Shown here: in pieces, positions 1 to 9,176 of the stretch | Layout: every line of letters begins with the position of its first letter | Numbering within the stretch: position 1 is the first letter of the stretch | Assembly: GCA_046728935.1 (NCBI GenBank) | Contig: JBKPFS010000107.1 | Coordinates: forward strand, 1,660-65,659 | Reading direction: 5' to 3' | Length of the DNA stretch: 64,000 nucleotides | Source of the DNA: Actinomycetota bacterium | GTDB taxonomy: Bacteria; Actinomycetota; Thermoleophilia; Solirubrobacterales; 70-9 | Notes under the pieces: model-generated | What the model was told of the DNA's origin: nothing | What the model saw: the letters and a program-made list of their open reading frames with translations, nothing else | The model's database searches: none | Translations under genes and position numbers: made by a program

Positions 1-52
1 CGAACGGTATTCGAGCGCCTGGCCGTCGCTTGGCTAGGGAACGGTCTCCGGG

Positions 53-300
53 ATGATCGTCGGACTCGCCCTCGCCGTTGCCTGCGCGGTCGCGACCAGC
101 GTCGCCTTTCTGTTCAAGCGCCGCGGGGCCGTCCTTGCGCCCCCGGTGCGGTTCCGGCACCCGCTGCGGAGCGCGGTCGATCTCTTCCGCTCCAAATGGT
201 TCGCGGTCGGCTGGGCTGGGTGCTTCAACGTGGGCGCGCTCGCGCTGGCGCCACTATCGATCGTGCAGGCCGTCCTCTCGGGCGGGCTGGTTGTTCCTCA
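53..300 (+). pseudogene. N-terminal fragment of a DMT/EamA-like membrane transporter
   Basis: In ORF 53..583 only the first ~80 aa look like membrane helices (MIVGLALAVACAVATSVAFLF..., ...ALALAPLSIVQAVLSGGLVV). The remainder is Pro/Arg-rich and overlaps the next gene. Confidence 0.35.
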
Positions 301-515
301 TGACACCCCTCGCGTCGAGCGAGATCCTTCGCGGTGTTGCCTGACAAGGACGCCGGATTCGACCGCGATCAACGCTGCCGGGTCCATGTATTCACGCCCT
401 TGCGTGACCACCGATTTCCCCCTTACACCTGAGATCGGGCCGGACCTCGGCGCACTCCTCGGCTGGCTCTCGCGAGGGGGAGAAAGGGCCCCTTTCGTCC
501 GAAGCGGGTGTCTAG

Positions 516-917
516 CTACTCCCGCAGCCCGGCGGCCTCGAGGGCCTCAGCAGCGCTCGCGTACACCTGCGCCCGCTGGATAAGTCCGCCCTCGATCGTG
601 TAGACGATGGCGAAGTGGGCGTCGATCCACGAGTCGCTGCCGCGCGGTTTGCCGCGCTGGTGGACCGTCACCACGACCCGATTCCCGCCGGCATCGAGAA
701 TGTTCTCGACCTCGTAGCTCCACCCCTCATATGGCTCGATCCAGGCGTCGAGGAAGTGGTTGAACTCGTCCAAGCCGCAAAACTCGCTCTGACCCGGCCA
801 GCCAGAGAAGGTGCTCATGTCCCAGACGACATCTGGCGCGAAGAACTCGGACAGCCGCTCAGACTCAACGAAGGCGGCGATCCCCTTCCGGACGATCTCT
901 ACGCTCTCCTGCGACAT
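516..917 (-). CDS. SnoaL-like / NTF2-fold family protein
   Basis: 133-aa ORF of typical size and pattern for the SnoaL/NTF2 family. Paralogous in layout to ORF 35382..35786 (both carry an ...RGxxSG...vD... block and a C-terminal A..AAG tail). Confidence 0.7.
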   Translation of the reverse strand: MSQESVEIVRKGIAAFVESERLSEFFAPDVVWDMSTFSGWPGQSEFCGLDEFNHFLDAWIEPYEGWSYEVENILDAGGNRVVVTVHQRGKPRGSDSWIDAHFAIVYTIEGGLIQRAQVYASAAEALEAAGLRE

Positions 918-1099
918 CGCCCGCGCAGTATCTCGCCATGGAGGCGCCTACCGCTTTGGTGCCAGCGAGTACCGCTTCTCGTCCAAAGCGGTCGTGATGG
1001 CGTTCTCTCGGCTCGTGGGCATCTCCTGTCCGGCCACCCGTGATGGGACTGGGGAGTCTGGTCGATCAGCGGACGCGATGGTGAACGTTCGGCGACTGC

Positions 1100-1126
1100 A
1101 AGAAACGGCCGCCCGAAGGCGGCCGT
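1100..1126 (-). terminator. Intrinsic terminator candidate downstream of the 308-aa secreted protein gene
   Basis: Minus-sense ACGGCCGCC-TTCG-GGCGGCCGT perfect 9-bp stem followed by TTTCTTG, 27 nt after the stop at 1153. Confidence 0.55.
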
Positions 1127-1152
1127 CTCGGACCTGGGTTGTCGGCGTGGAG

Positions 1153-2079
1153 CTACTTCTTGCCCAGATCCCAGTTGAGGACCTTCTTCTTCACCGACTT
1201 CTTAACGCCGCCGAGCACGCCTCGAGGCCTCTTGCGGCTGAACCTCTTCGCGTCGGCCAACGCGCCTGCGAGCGCGTCGTTGTCGTGGACCTCCGTGAAG
1301 AAGAGCAGATAGCGGCTGCTCCGTTTCGGAACCTTGACGGTGATCCTGAACGAGATGCAGCCGTCCGCGTTCTCGACCGGGTTGAAGACCTTGGTCTTCT
1401 TCACGCCCTTGCCCTTGCCGTAGAGGACGAAGGTTCCCTGCGGGTCATCCAGGGTCGCAGGGTCGTCGCCGAACACCATCCAGCGATCCGCGTTGGTCAG
1501 CACCAGATCGTTGGTGCTGGACGCCCGCACGACCTCCGTCCCATCGGCTCCGAGGTCGGAGTCCCAGATCAGCGTCCGCTTCACCGCCTTGTTCCTCTTG
1601 TTGCGGAGCTTGATCAGCGAACGCAGCGTGGGCGACGTCTGCAGTGCCGTCTCCACCCGGGTCACCTTCAGCCCCTGGATCTTCTCCGGTCCGACGGTGA
1701 TCTGCTCGCCGACCTTGTTGCCGGTCTGGTCGGAGTCCTCGAAGATCGTCGTGCCGCTGCGGCTCCTGACCGCCAGGACGAGGCCGCCATCGAAGGTGTC
1801 GCTGTCGCCATTGTCGGAAAAAACGGAATTGGCCGGGGTAAAGCCGATGTCGTCCTCGAAGTCCCCGCCGAGATCGCCGAGCGCGCAGTCCTCGAAGTAG
1901 GCGTCGGGCGGCTGGGAGGCGTCGAAGGCGGCGTTGCCCTGGGCGTTTAGATTGAGCGCACCGGTCTCAACGACGGGTATCGGCGTCGGCGTCGCCCAGG
2001 CGACCGCAGCGAGCGCGAGCGCCGCGGCGCAGATGGCCGCGACGAGCAGGCGCAGTTTCGTTCCCCTGAGGTGCCTCAT
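1153..2079 (-). CDS. Secreted protein of unknown function
   Basis: ORF 1153..2142. The internal ATG at 2079 gives MRHLRGTKLRLLVAAICAAALALAAVAWA, a signal-peptide-like N-terminus. No recognisable catalytic motif. Confidence 0.65.
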   Translation of the reverse strand: MRHLRGTKLRLLVAAICAAALALAAVAWATPTPIPVVETGALNLNAQGNAAFDASQPPDAYFEDCALGDLGGDFEDDIGFTPANSVFSDNGDSDTFDGGLVLAVRSRSGTTIFEDSDQTGNKVGEQITVGPEKIQGLKVTRVETALQTSPTLRSLIKLRNKRNKAVKRTLIWDSDLGADGTEVVRASSTNDLVLTNADRWMVFGDDPATLDDPQGTFVLYGKGKGVKKTKVFNPVENADGCISFRITVKVPKRSSRYLLFFTEVHDNDALAGALADAKRFSRKRPRGVLGGVKKSVKKKVLNWDLGKK

Positions 2080-2299
2080 GGATTCCCTTCCCGGAGGCGG
2101 CCTTTGGTCCTGCAGCCGCTCCCTGCGTCTTAGCGGTCGCAAGCAAGCCTAATGCCTCGGCGTCGGCTTCCGCAACGCAACACCTCGACACGTTGGCCGC
2201 TTCCTCTTTGATGAACGTGTCCCTGTCAACCCAGCGGCATCACCAGCTTCCCTCGCTCCCAGTTCGGTGAGTCGAGCTCATTTCTCTTTCGGCGCTCTT

Positions 2300-3682
2300 G
2301 GCGCAGATCGTTCCTGGGAGCTGCCGCTGGGTCTCAATTCCATGCCGGGCCGTCAAGCGGCCAGAAAGCGGCGCGAGCTTTCAGCGGCGGTGGTTGACCG
2401 GGTGGGTTGAAAGACCTGATTGCGCGAGAGCATGTGCCAGGAGGCGATCAGCAGCTTTCGCGCGACCGCCGACTTCGCCGGGTTCTTTCCGTGCCGGGCG
2501 GCGAGGCGGCGATAGTGGTCGTGGAAGGGATTGCTCGGTCGCCAGGCCTGGTTTGCGGCCTCGACCGCGGCCCAGCGAAGGGTCCGTGGCCCGGCCTTCG
2601 ATAGCCGCCCGGTCGCCGAGCGCTCCCCCGACTGGCCGATCCGCGGCGCAAGGCCCGCATAGCCGACCAGCTTTGCCGCCGAGGAGAAGCGCGAGACATC
2701 GCCGATCTCGGCCGCGAAGGTGAGGCCGGTCAACGGACCGACGCCGGGAATCGTCTGCAGCAGCCGGGCCCTGGCATCCGAGCGTGCCAGCGGTGAAAGC
2801 TCACCGTCGATCGGGGCGATGCGGCGATCGAGCTCCGCGAGCTGGTCGAGGTGCGCGGCGATCGAGTCGCGCCAGACGGCCGGGACGCCGCGGCGCTCCA
2901 GCAGCTCGATCGCGTCGGGCTTGCCGAGCCTGCTGAAGGAGATCCTGAGACCGAACTGGGTAAGCAGGCCGAAGATCCGGTTGCGGGCCGCGGTGCGGAG
3001 CTTGACCAGGTGGGCGCGGCGCCGCAGCAGCTCGCGGATCGCGCGGTCTTCGAGCGTCGGCACCCAGAGCGTCGGCACCAGGTCTCGGCGACAAAGCTCG
3101 GCAAGGACCCTGGCGTCGACCTTGTCGGTCTTGCAGGCAAGCGGCGCGATGTCTCTCACCTTGCGCGCGTGGGCGACCTCGACCGACCAGCCGGCGAGCT
3201 CGAGCCGGTCCTTGACCCAGAGCGCGCCGCTCATCATCTCCACGCAGGCCTTGACCTCGATGCCCAGCCGCAGCACGAGCTTTGCGAGTCCGTCTTCGTC
3301 AGCGGGGATCAGACCCTCGCTCCGGATCGCCCCTCCCTCGCTGACTGCGCACCAGGCGGCGCGACCATAGGCCCAATCGATTCCGACATAGTTCACGCCG
3401 GGTCTCCTCTCGCTCCGAACAGCAGATGCCAAACCGCCGTTCTAGTGAGCGTGGCGGAGGCCCCTTTTCAGTCCGGGGTCAGCGGTGCTCCGTCATGACA
3501 TTCCATGCGAAGCGGCAGCCGCTTCTCGTCCAAAGCGCTACTTCCGCGCTTGCGCTGGCGATCAAGCTCGACAAGAGGTGAGGCGAGAGGGGCGGCAGCT
3601 CGTTGGAGGCGCTGCCCTTCCCGATGGCAGGCCGCTACCCGGCTGGGAGCGACCCGTTGGGACGAGCACACACCCGGCTTCG
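2300..3682 (-). mobile_element. IS110-family insertion sequence (boundaries not determined)
   Basis: Single transposase ORF plus ~285 nt of non-coding sequence upstream of its start. No terminal inverted repeats seen, as is usual for IS110. The ends given are the limits of the flanking non-coding sequence, not mapped termini. Confidence 0.5.
2353..3396 (-). CDS. IS110-family transposase (DEDD/RuvC-like N-domain plus Transposase_20-type C-domain)
   Basis: VGIDWA... N-terminus, KTDKVDARVLAEL, and IPGVGPLTGLTFAAEIGDVSRFSSAAKLVGYAGLAPRIGQSG are hallmark IS110 motifs. The GTG at 3396 is preceded by GAGGAGA. Confidence 0.9.
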   Translation of the reverse strand: MNYVGIDWAYGRAAWCAVSEGGAIRSEGLIPADEDGLAKLVLRLGIEVKACVEMMSGALWVKDRLELAGWSVEVAHARKVRDIAPLACKTDKVDARVLAELCRRDLVPTLWVPTLEDRAIRELLRRRAHLVKLRTAARNRIFGLLTQFGLRISFSRLGKPDAIELLERRGVPAVWRDSIAAHLDQLAELDRRIAPIDGELSPLARSDARARLLQTIPGVGPLTGLTFAAEIGDVSRFSSAAKLVGYAGLAPRIGQSGERSATGRLSKAGPRTLRWAAVEAANQAWRPSNPFHDHYRRLAARHGKNPAKSAVARKLLIASWHMLSRNQVFQPTRSTTAAESSRRFLAA

Positions 3683-4042
3683 CTACCGAACTGCGCCTGA
3701 CCCGTCCAGGGGCCAGTTTCCAGACAAGATCAAGCCGTCAAACGATTCGGTGCAGGTGAGATGCAGGAGGTCTCGCACCTGTCCGCGAGCGTTGCAGACG
3801 ACGAGCTTGCGGCCTTGCACGTGTAGCCGCGAGGCGGCCATGAGAATGGAGTCGAGCCCCATTGAGTCCAGGAACGTGCACTCGCCAAGATCGAGGACGA
3901 TGCGCGGCTGACCATCAGTAACCGCGGCGAGGCCGGACGCCAGCCGATCACTAGAGGGAGGCAGTCGTTCCTCGGTCGCCTCCCAAAGGCCTTCCTGTAG
4001 GCGTCGTCCGAAGCTCGGCTGCCCAGATCGAAAGTTTCCCAC
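3683..4042 (-). CDS. STAS-domain protein (anti-sigma-factor antagonist-like)
   Basis: IVLDLGECTFLDSMGLDSILMAASRLHVQGRKLVVCNARGQVRDLLHLT matches the SpoIIAA/STAS core pattern. No partner kinase or phosphatase gene is nearby. Confidence 0.65.
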   Translation of the reverse strand: MGNFRSGQPSFGRRLQEGLWEATEERLPPSSDRLASGLAAVTDGQPRIVLDLGECTFLDSMGLDSILMAASRLHVQGRKLVVCNARGQVRDLLHLTCTESFDGLILSGNWPLDGSGAVR

Positions 4043-4382
4043 CTTTCGAACCAGAGGGGGCGGACTGACAGGCTGTTCCGGCTCCGCACGGGGCGTCCGC
4101 GCTACTCAGGCGGCGTGAGCCTTGAATCCGCGCTTGCCAGCTCCTCGGCAACCTTGCCGGGCCTCGGCGACTCCTCGACCAGCCAGAAGTTCGGGTCGCT
4201 TTCCATGCAAAGCGCAATGAATCGATTTCGGTTCAGGTCTCGCATTTTCGAGGCGGGATACCTCCCCTAATCAAGAATTGAGCCTCGTCGGCGAGATCCT
4301 CCGGGTTTCGGGGTGCGGGGCGCGAACTGGCCTCGTCAAGCCGCGGGCGTAAACGAGGGACCGGTTCTTTACGGTGTCAAGG

Positions 4383-4427
4383 CCGGTCGAAAAGGGCCCC
4401 ACTTTCGCCGGTTGAAAAGTGTCCCAC
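4383..4427. repeat. Two direct copies of a ~18-nt motif at the IS21 end (candidate IstA binding repeats)
   Basis: CCGGTCGAAAAGGGCCCCAC (4383..4402) and CGGTTGAAAAGTGTCCCAC (4409..4427). IS21-family ends are known to carry multiple sub-terminal repeats. Confidence 0.5.
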
Positions 4428-4440
4428 CCCAGATGGGGTA

Positions 4441-4490
4441 GATCCCGCCTGCGGAGCCGAGCCGTAGGCGAGGCGGAGCAGGCGGGATCG
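4441..4490. repeat. Perfect 12-bp inverted repeat just downstream of istB
   Basis: GATCCCGCCTGC (4441..4452) and GCAGGCGGGATC (4479..4490), with a 26-nt spacer. Confidence 0.6.
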
Positions 4491-4492
4491 AG

Positions 4493-5252
4493 TCAGTCCG
4501 AGCGGGGCTCGGGCCGGCCGAGGTCCTTGTCGCGAAGCCGGTAGCTATCGCCCTTGAGGCTCAGGATCTCGGCGTGGTGGACGAGCCGGTCGATCATCGC
4601 GGTGGCGGTCACCTCGTCGCCGAAGATCTCGCCCCAAGATGAGAACGGCTTGTTCGAGGTGACGATCATCGAGGCGCGCTCGTAGCGCCGAGACCAGGCT
4701 GAACATCAGGTTCGCCGCCTCGGGGTCAAAACGGGATGTAGCCGACCTGGTCGACGACGATCAGGGGGACGAAGGAGAGCCGCCTGAGCTCGGCCTCGAA
4801 GTTGCCTTGGCGCTTGGCCTCGCCAAGCCGCGCCACCCACTCGGTCGCGGTCGCAAACGCGACCCGCTGCCCGGCAAGGCAGGCGCGGATCCCGATCGCG
4901 ATCGCCAGGTGGGTCTTGCCGGTCCCGGGCGGGCCCAGAAGGACGACGTTCTCGCGCGCGTGCAGGAAGTCGAGCTGGCCGAGATGCTCGACCACCTGCT
5001 TCTTGACCGAGCGCTGGAATGAGAAGTCGAACTCCTCGAGCGTCTTTCGGGCCGGGTAGCGGGCGGCCTTGATCCGGTTCTCGCCGCCGTGCGACTCGCG
5101 CGAGGCGACCTCGGAGGCAAGCAGCGCCTCGGCGAAGGCTCATAGCTCCACTCCTCCGAGCGCGCCCTGTCGGCGAGCTTCGGCAGCGCCCTCGCCGCCG
5201 CCGGCGCCTTGAGGGTGCGAAACAGGTGCGCGAGCTCCGAGGTCTTGGTCAT
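4493..5252 (-). pseudogene. istB: istB (IS21 helper ATPase), at least three frameshifts
   Basis: MTKTSELAHLFRTLKAP...EEWSYE, then AFAEALLASEV..., VVEHLGQLDFLHARENVVLLGPPGTGKTHLA...VDQVGYIPF, DPEAANLMFSLVS, and RRYERASMIVTSNKPFSSWGEIFGDEVTATAMIDRLVHHAEILSLKGDSYRLRD lie in different frames. Shifts are near 5138, 4727 and 4688. Confidence 0.85.
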
Positions 5253-6310
5253 GCCGGGATCAGGGCGTCGTAGCGGGCCAGGGGTCGGGTCTCGAGCTCG
5301 GGCTCGCGCTGCGGGCGCTTGCGAAGGCCGCGGAGCTCGTCGAGTCCCTTCTGGTGGGCGGGGTCGGTGAAGGCGAGGCCGCCGGCGAAGACGCGGCGGT
5401 GGCGGGCGATCACCTCCGCGGTGTCGAGGGAGACGGCGACGATCGCCCGCTGGCCGGCCCGGATCTCGACCCTGCGGCCGACCAGGCGGGGGTCGAGCGA
5501 GTAGTCGTTGCGGTCGAAGCGAAAGTAGGGCTGTGGCGGGACCCGCAGCGTGAACCGGGTCTCGGTCCGCGGCATCCGCTCGGGCAAGGGGCGCATGCGC
5601 TCGCGCTCCGAGGCGAGCCGCTCGGCGGGAATCGCGCGGGTGCCCTGGTGGCGGCGCGGGTTGGCGCGCTCGGCCACCCAGCGGTCGAGCTGGGCCTGGT
5701 AGTCGCGATGGTCGGCGAAGCTTCGGGCCGGCTCGAAGCTCGAGCGGATGAAGCGGTGGGCGCGCTCGAGCAGCCCCTTCGCCTGGCAGTCGCCCCGGTC
5801 GAGGATCAGCCAGCCCGCCGGCAGGGCGCCGCAGAAGGCGGCGAGCTCGTCGGTGGGCTGCCCGCCGCCGCGGTGCATCGCCGCCTCGCGGTCCCAGACC
5901 AGCCTCTCGGGCAGGGCGCCGAAGCTCTCAAGGCAGCGGCGCATGCCCCAGAGGATGTCGGGCGCGGTCTTCGAGAAGATCAGGGCCGCCGCGATCGCCG
6001 GGAGTAGCCGAGGGCCGCGGTGAGAAGCCAGCCTCGCCGCGTCTGTCCCCAGCCGACCGGGATCTCGGCCGAGGGCTCGAAGAGATCGAACTGGCAGAGC
6101 TCGCCGGGGGCGTAGCGGTGCGCTGGAATGTGCGCGGCACCTGATGCAGTGGTCGGACCTCGCGGACGTAGTCGTCGACGATCGTCTTGCCGCCCTCAAA
6201 GCCGAGCTCTCCGATCAGCTCCCGGATCCGCTGCGATGGGATTCGGGGATCGGACTTCAGCAGGCGGTTGACCTCGGCCTTGAAGGGATCGAGCTTCGAG
6301 CCCCGAGGCG
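5249..6310 (-). pseudogene. istA: istA (IS21 transposase), N-terminally truncated and frameshifted
   Basis: The C-terminal ~225 aa are in ORF 5249..6199 (...FDRNDYSLDPRLVGRRVEIRAGQ...). HIPAHRYAPGELCQFDLFEPSAEIPVGWGQTRRGWLLTAALGYS and LDPFKAEVNRLLKSDPRIPSQRIRELIGELGFEGGKTIVDDYVREVRPL are in another frame. Confidence 0.8.
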
Positions 6311-8152
6311 GTCGCGAAATGCCATTAGGCCACGGGCAACGAGGGCGTCGACGGCGTCAGCTGCATTGCTCCTCGTCTGTTCGTCATCGGTGTCTCGGGC
6401 CCTGGAAAAGAGCTCGGTCAAGGCGCCTATCGCCGATTCGGGCAGATATGGACGCATGCGCGTCTGAGCGATGGCCTTGACTGCGGCGAGCTGCTTCTGA
6501 AGGCTGGCGTCTGCGCCGGGAATGCGTTCCATTACTTGGTTGATCGGGTCCGGTGTAACGCCTTGCTCCGCGATGCGGATCAGTTGATCCAACGCCCAGT
6601 CGTCGTCGAAGGCACCGGCGGTGTACCACCAGCCGAAGGGTGCGAGCACTTCCTCACGGGCATCTGGCGTCTCGGGATTGATCTCCTGCTCAAGAATCCG
6701 AGCCCAGAGGTCGCGAAGCCGGGACTGAACGTCGTCCGGTAGGGGATCGGCTGGCTCGGCACCAACGGCGCGCCCCACAAACTGGACGAGCCGTCCCCGA
6801 AGTGCATCAGAGGCCGTCATCCACAGCTGTCCCAGCAGGCCTTCGGGGCGCGCGTCGATCCGCCCCCACCAATAGAGCATGAGAAGGTGCTCGCCCAGTC
6901 TCTGACGGGGATCGCCTCCGAGATGTCGTCCCTGCGGAGGGCTCGCCAAGAGCTCGACCGCTCTCCCGTAGGCATCCGCTGCGAATTCAAGGACCTCGCC
7001 CCAAGGGTTGTTGTAGATGACGTACGCGTTCCAAGCAGCTACGAATATCTCGTTCTCTGCCGGGTCGACCGGGAAGATCCGGCTGGCTGCTTCGCGGGCC
7101 CATGTCGGGTCGAGGGCTACGAGTTGCTTGAAGCGCATCCCGTAGACAGCCCGGATGGCAAGCGATGGCTCTTGCTCCTTCCTGAGATGGCCATCTAATA
7201 CGGCCTTCACCTCCACCGGGAGTGAGGTGGCGCCCCCCTCATCTGCGTTCATGTGGACCCAGGCGGCGTACCTGATGACCGCGTGCATCGCGCTGCCGCG
7301 GGTCGTGTTAATGGAGTAGGTGGCGGGGTCCATGTTGTCGCCCCCGTACTTCTCCTCGTCGCTAGGCGTGGGGTTAGCGTCCTCTGCGAGGACTGCAATC
7401 ACGCTCCAAGCCTCGTCCCGTTCGTCGATCGTCAGCCCCGAATCACTGGACTCGAAGCCCGCTGAAAGGAGATCGGTGATCTGTCGACGTGTCCAGCCCC
7501 AGTCAGGGTCACTGTCCCGGCCGCGCGGCTGCTTCACCGTCGGCGGGTCCTCCACGATCCGGCGGCAGGTCTGGAGGACAGGCCCCCAGGTCACCGCCGC
7601 TCCGGCCTTCACCGCCTCAGTAAGGCCGCTAAGGAGGAAACGCACGTAAGTCGGATCTAGTGCAAGGAACCCGTCCGCGCGGCTGGCGAACTCCTCTGGT
7701 TGGTTTTGAATGGCGACGGCGAACGACCTTCCGAGCCCCTCTGGAGAAGGCCGGTCGAACGCCGCCTCAGGCTCCCAGGTCGTCAAGTACTCAAGAAGCT
7801 GATCCGCGGTCATTTCCTGCAGATCGGTCGTCGAGAGCGGTGACGTGGGTCCGATCCACCCTTCCGAGTACGCCGTGAAGTCGGGGTGGTCCGCTTCTCC
7901 GAGCTCATTCTCGAGGCGCTTCAGCTCATCGAGGGGAGCATCCCGAAGTTGGCTCCTGATCAAGGACAGCCGGTCTCGCTTCCACTGCGCGCGAACACGG
8001 CTGATCTCGGTCTGGGTCCCCGCTCCCTCTACCTGAGCCACGTCCCGCTCACGCAACTCGGGCCTCGGATGCTGGATCAGTGGCAACACGAGCGGCTCCA
8101 AGCGGGCGCCGGCCCGGCAAGCATCGCGAAGGTATCCAAGCTTCTGTCGCAA
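6257..8152 (-). CDS. Large, mostly alpha-helical protein of unknown function; probably a gene fragment truncated at both ends
   Basis: 631-codon ORF with good coding character. The last ~18 codons read into the IS21 remnant. The first ~40 codons are antisense to the integrase fragment, so no credible native start or stop. Confidence 0.5.
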   Translation of the reverse strand: MRQKLGYLRDACRAGARLEPLVLPLIQHPRPELRERDVAQVEGAGTQTEISRVRAQWKRDRLSLIRSQLRDAPLDELKRLENELGEADHPDFTAYSEGWIGPTSPLSTTDLQEMTADQLLEYLTTWEPEAAFDRPSPEGLGRSFAVAIQNQPEEFASRADGFLALDPTYVRFLLSGLTEAVKAGAAVTWGPVLQTCRRIVEDPPTVKQPRGRDSDPDWGWTRRQITDLLSAGFESSDSGLTIDERDEAWSVIAVLAEDANPTPSDEEKYGGDNMDPATYSINTTRGSAMHAVIRYAAWVHMNADEGGATSLPVEVKAVLDGHLRKEQEPSLAIRAVYGMRFKQLVALDPTWAREAASRIFPVDPAENEIFVAAWNAYVIYNNPWGEVLEFAADAYGRAVELLASPPQGRHLGGDPRQRLGEHLLMLYWWGRIDARPEGLLGQLWMTASDALRGRLVQFVGRAVGAEPADPLPDDVQSRLRDLWARILEQEINPETPDAREEVLAPFGWWYTAGAFDDDWALDQLIRIAEQGVTPDPINQVMERIPGADASLQKQLAAVKAIAQTRMRPYLPESAIGALTELFSRARDTDDEQTRSNAADAVDALVARGLMAFRDRLGARSSIPSRPRSTAC

Positions 8153-8850
8153 ATCCTTGATCGGGCGGAGGCGATGGAGCTAATTCTTCGTAACCCAGCC
8201 CGAACCCTCCGCCAGCCCAAGCGCATCGTCCGAGTTCCGCGAGCTGCGTCCGCTGCGCAGATCGAAGCGATCCGAGCGCGGCTTATCGAAGCCGACCGGC
8301 TGAGTGACGCCACGCTGGTCTCATTCCTCGCATATGTGGGAACACGGCCCATGGAAACCCTTGCGCTCTCCTGGGAGGACGTGGACGGGGATACAGCGTT
8401 GATCTCTAAGGCTCTCAGCGACGGGGACACGAAGACAACAAAAACCGGCAAGAGCCGCACCGTCCAGCTCCCACGAGCAGTAGTCGCCGATCTCCGCGCG
8501 CTCCGTCTTGCATCGGGTCGCCATGGGGGTCTCATCTGGCCGCGGCGGAAGGACGGACTGCCGTGGAGACAACACGACTGGGACGATGGCGTTCCCGCGT
8601 CTTCAAGCCAGCAGCAAAGGCGGTGGGTCTTCCCGACTTTGTGCCATATGGCCTTCGGCACACTGCGGCCTCCCTGCTCGCGGCTTCCGGACGCCCCGCG
8701 CTCGAGATTGCCGAGCAGCACGGGAATTCCGTGGCTGTATCGACCGCGACTTACCAGCACCTGATCTCGGCCTATCGGGGCCGAACTCTCAAATCGCTAG
8801 ACGAGTTGATCGCGGAAGCCCGCACCGAGAACGCGAGGCAGGTCGCATGA
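8033..8850 (+). pseudogene. Tyrosine recombinase / phage-type integrase, N-terminally truncated and frameshifted near 8590
   Basis: ...LILRNPARTLRQPK...LAYVGTRPMETLALSWEDVD... is in ORF 7886..8764. WRSRVFKPAAKAVGLPDFVPYGLRHTAASLL...TATYQHL is in ORF 8563..8850. The gene ends 64 nt from the tRNA. Confidence 0.8.
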
Positions 8851-8914
8851 GCCCACGTTCGGAGAATGTTCGGACGCGCCGGGAGCTACTCCCTGCGCAC
8901 CGCTCTGCAATCAA

Positions 8915-8988
<74 letters not shown>

Positions 8989-9176
8989 CGAGGGTGAGTT
9001 TAGGCCGCTATTGCGCCAGATTCGCGGCATCGACTCCAACCAACTCGGGATCCTCCGGGACGGCGACGGGCTGGATTCTGCCTATTCTGCCCAAACCAGT
9101 GCCCGGTCGAACGCCCGGAGCCTCGCCCGGCGCCGCGGGGACCGTCGTTAGATGTCACAGGACGCCACCTGCTGGT

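Larger units (their letters stand above)
4375..6310 (-). mobile_element. IS21-family element remnant, 5'-truncated and inactivated
   Basis: istA and istB homology in several frames. TGTCAAGG at 4375 followed by direct repeats is a plausible right end. IstA homology starts only at ...SKLDPFKAEVNRLL (~6296), so the HTH N-terminus and left end are missing. Confidence 0.8.

Noticed and set aside
341-370. GGATTCGACCGCG, resembling the tRNA-Arg T-arm (GGATTCGAACCTGCG), as a possible distal att repeat of the island.
   Set aside because: Only an 8-nt exact core plus gapped matches. That is expected by chance in 64 kb, and the flanks do not align with the tRNA 3' end.
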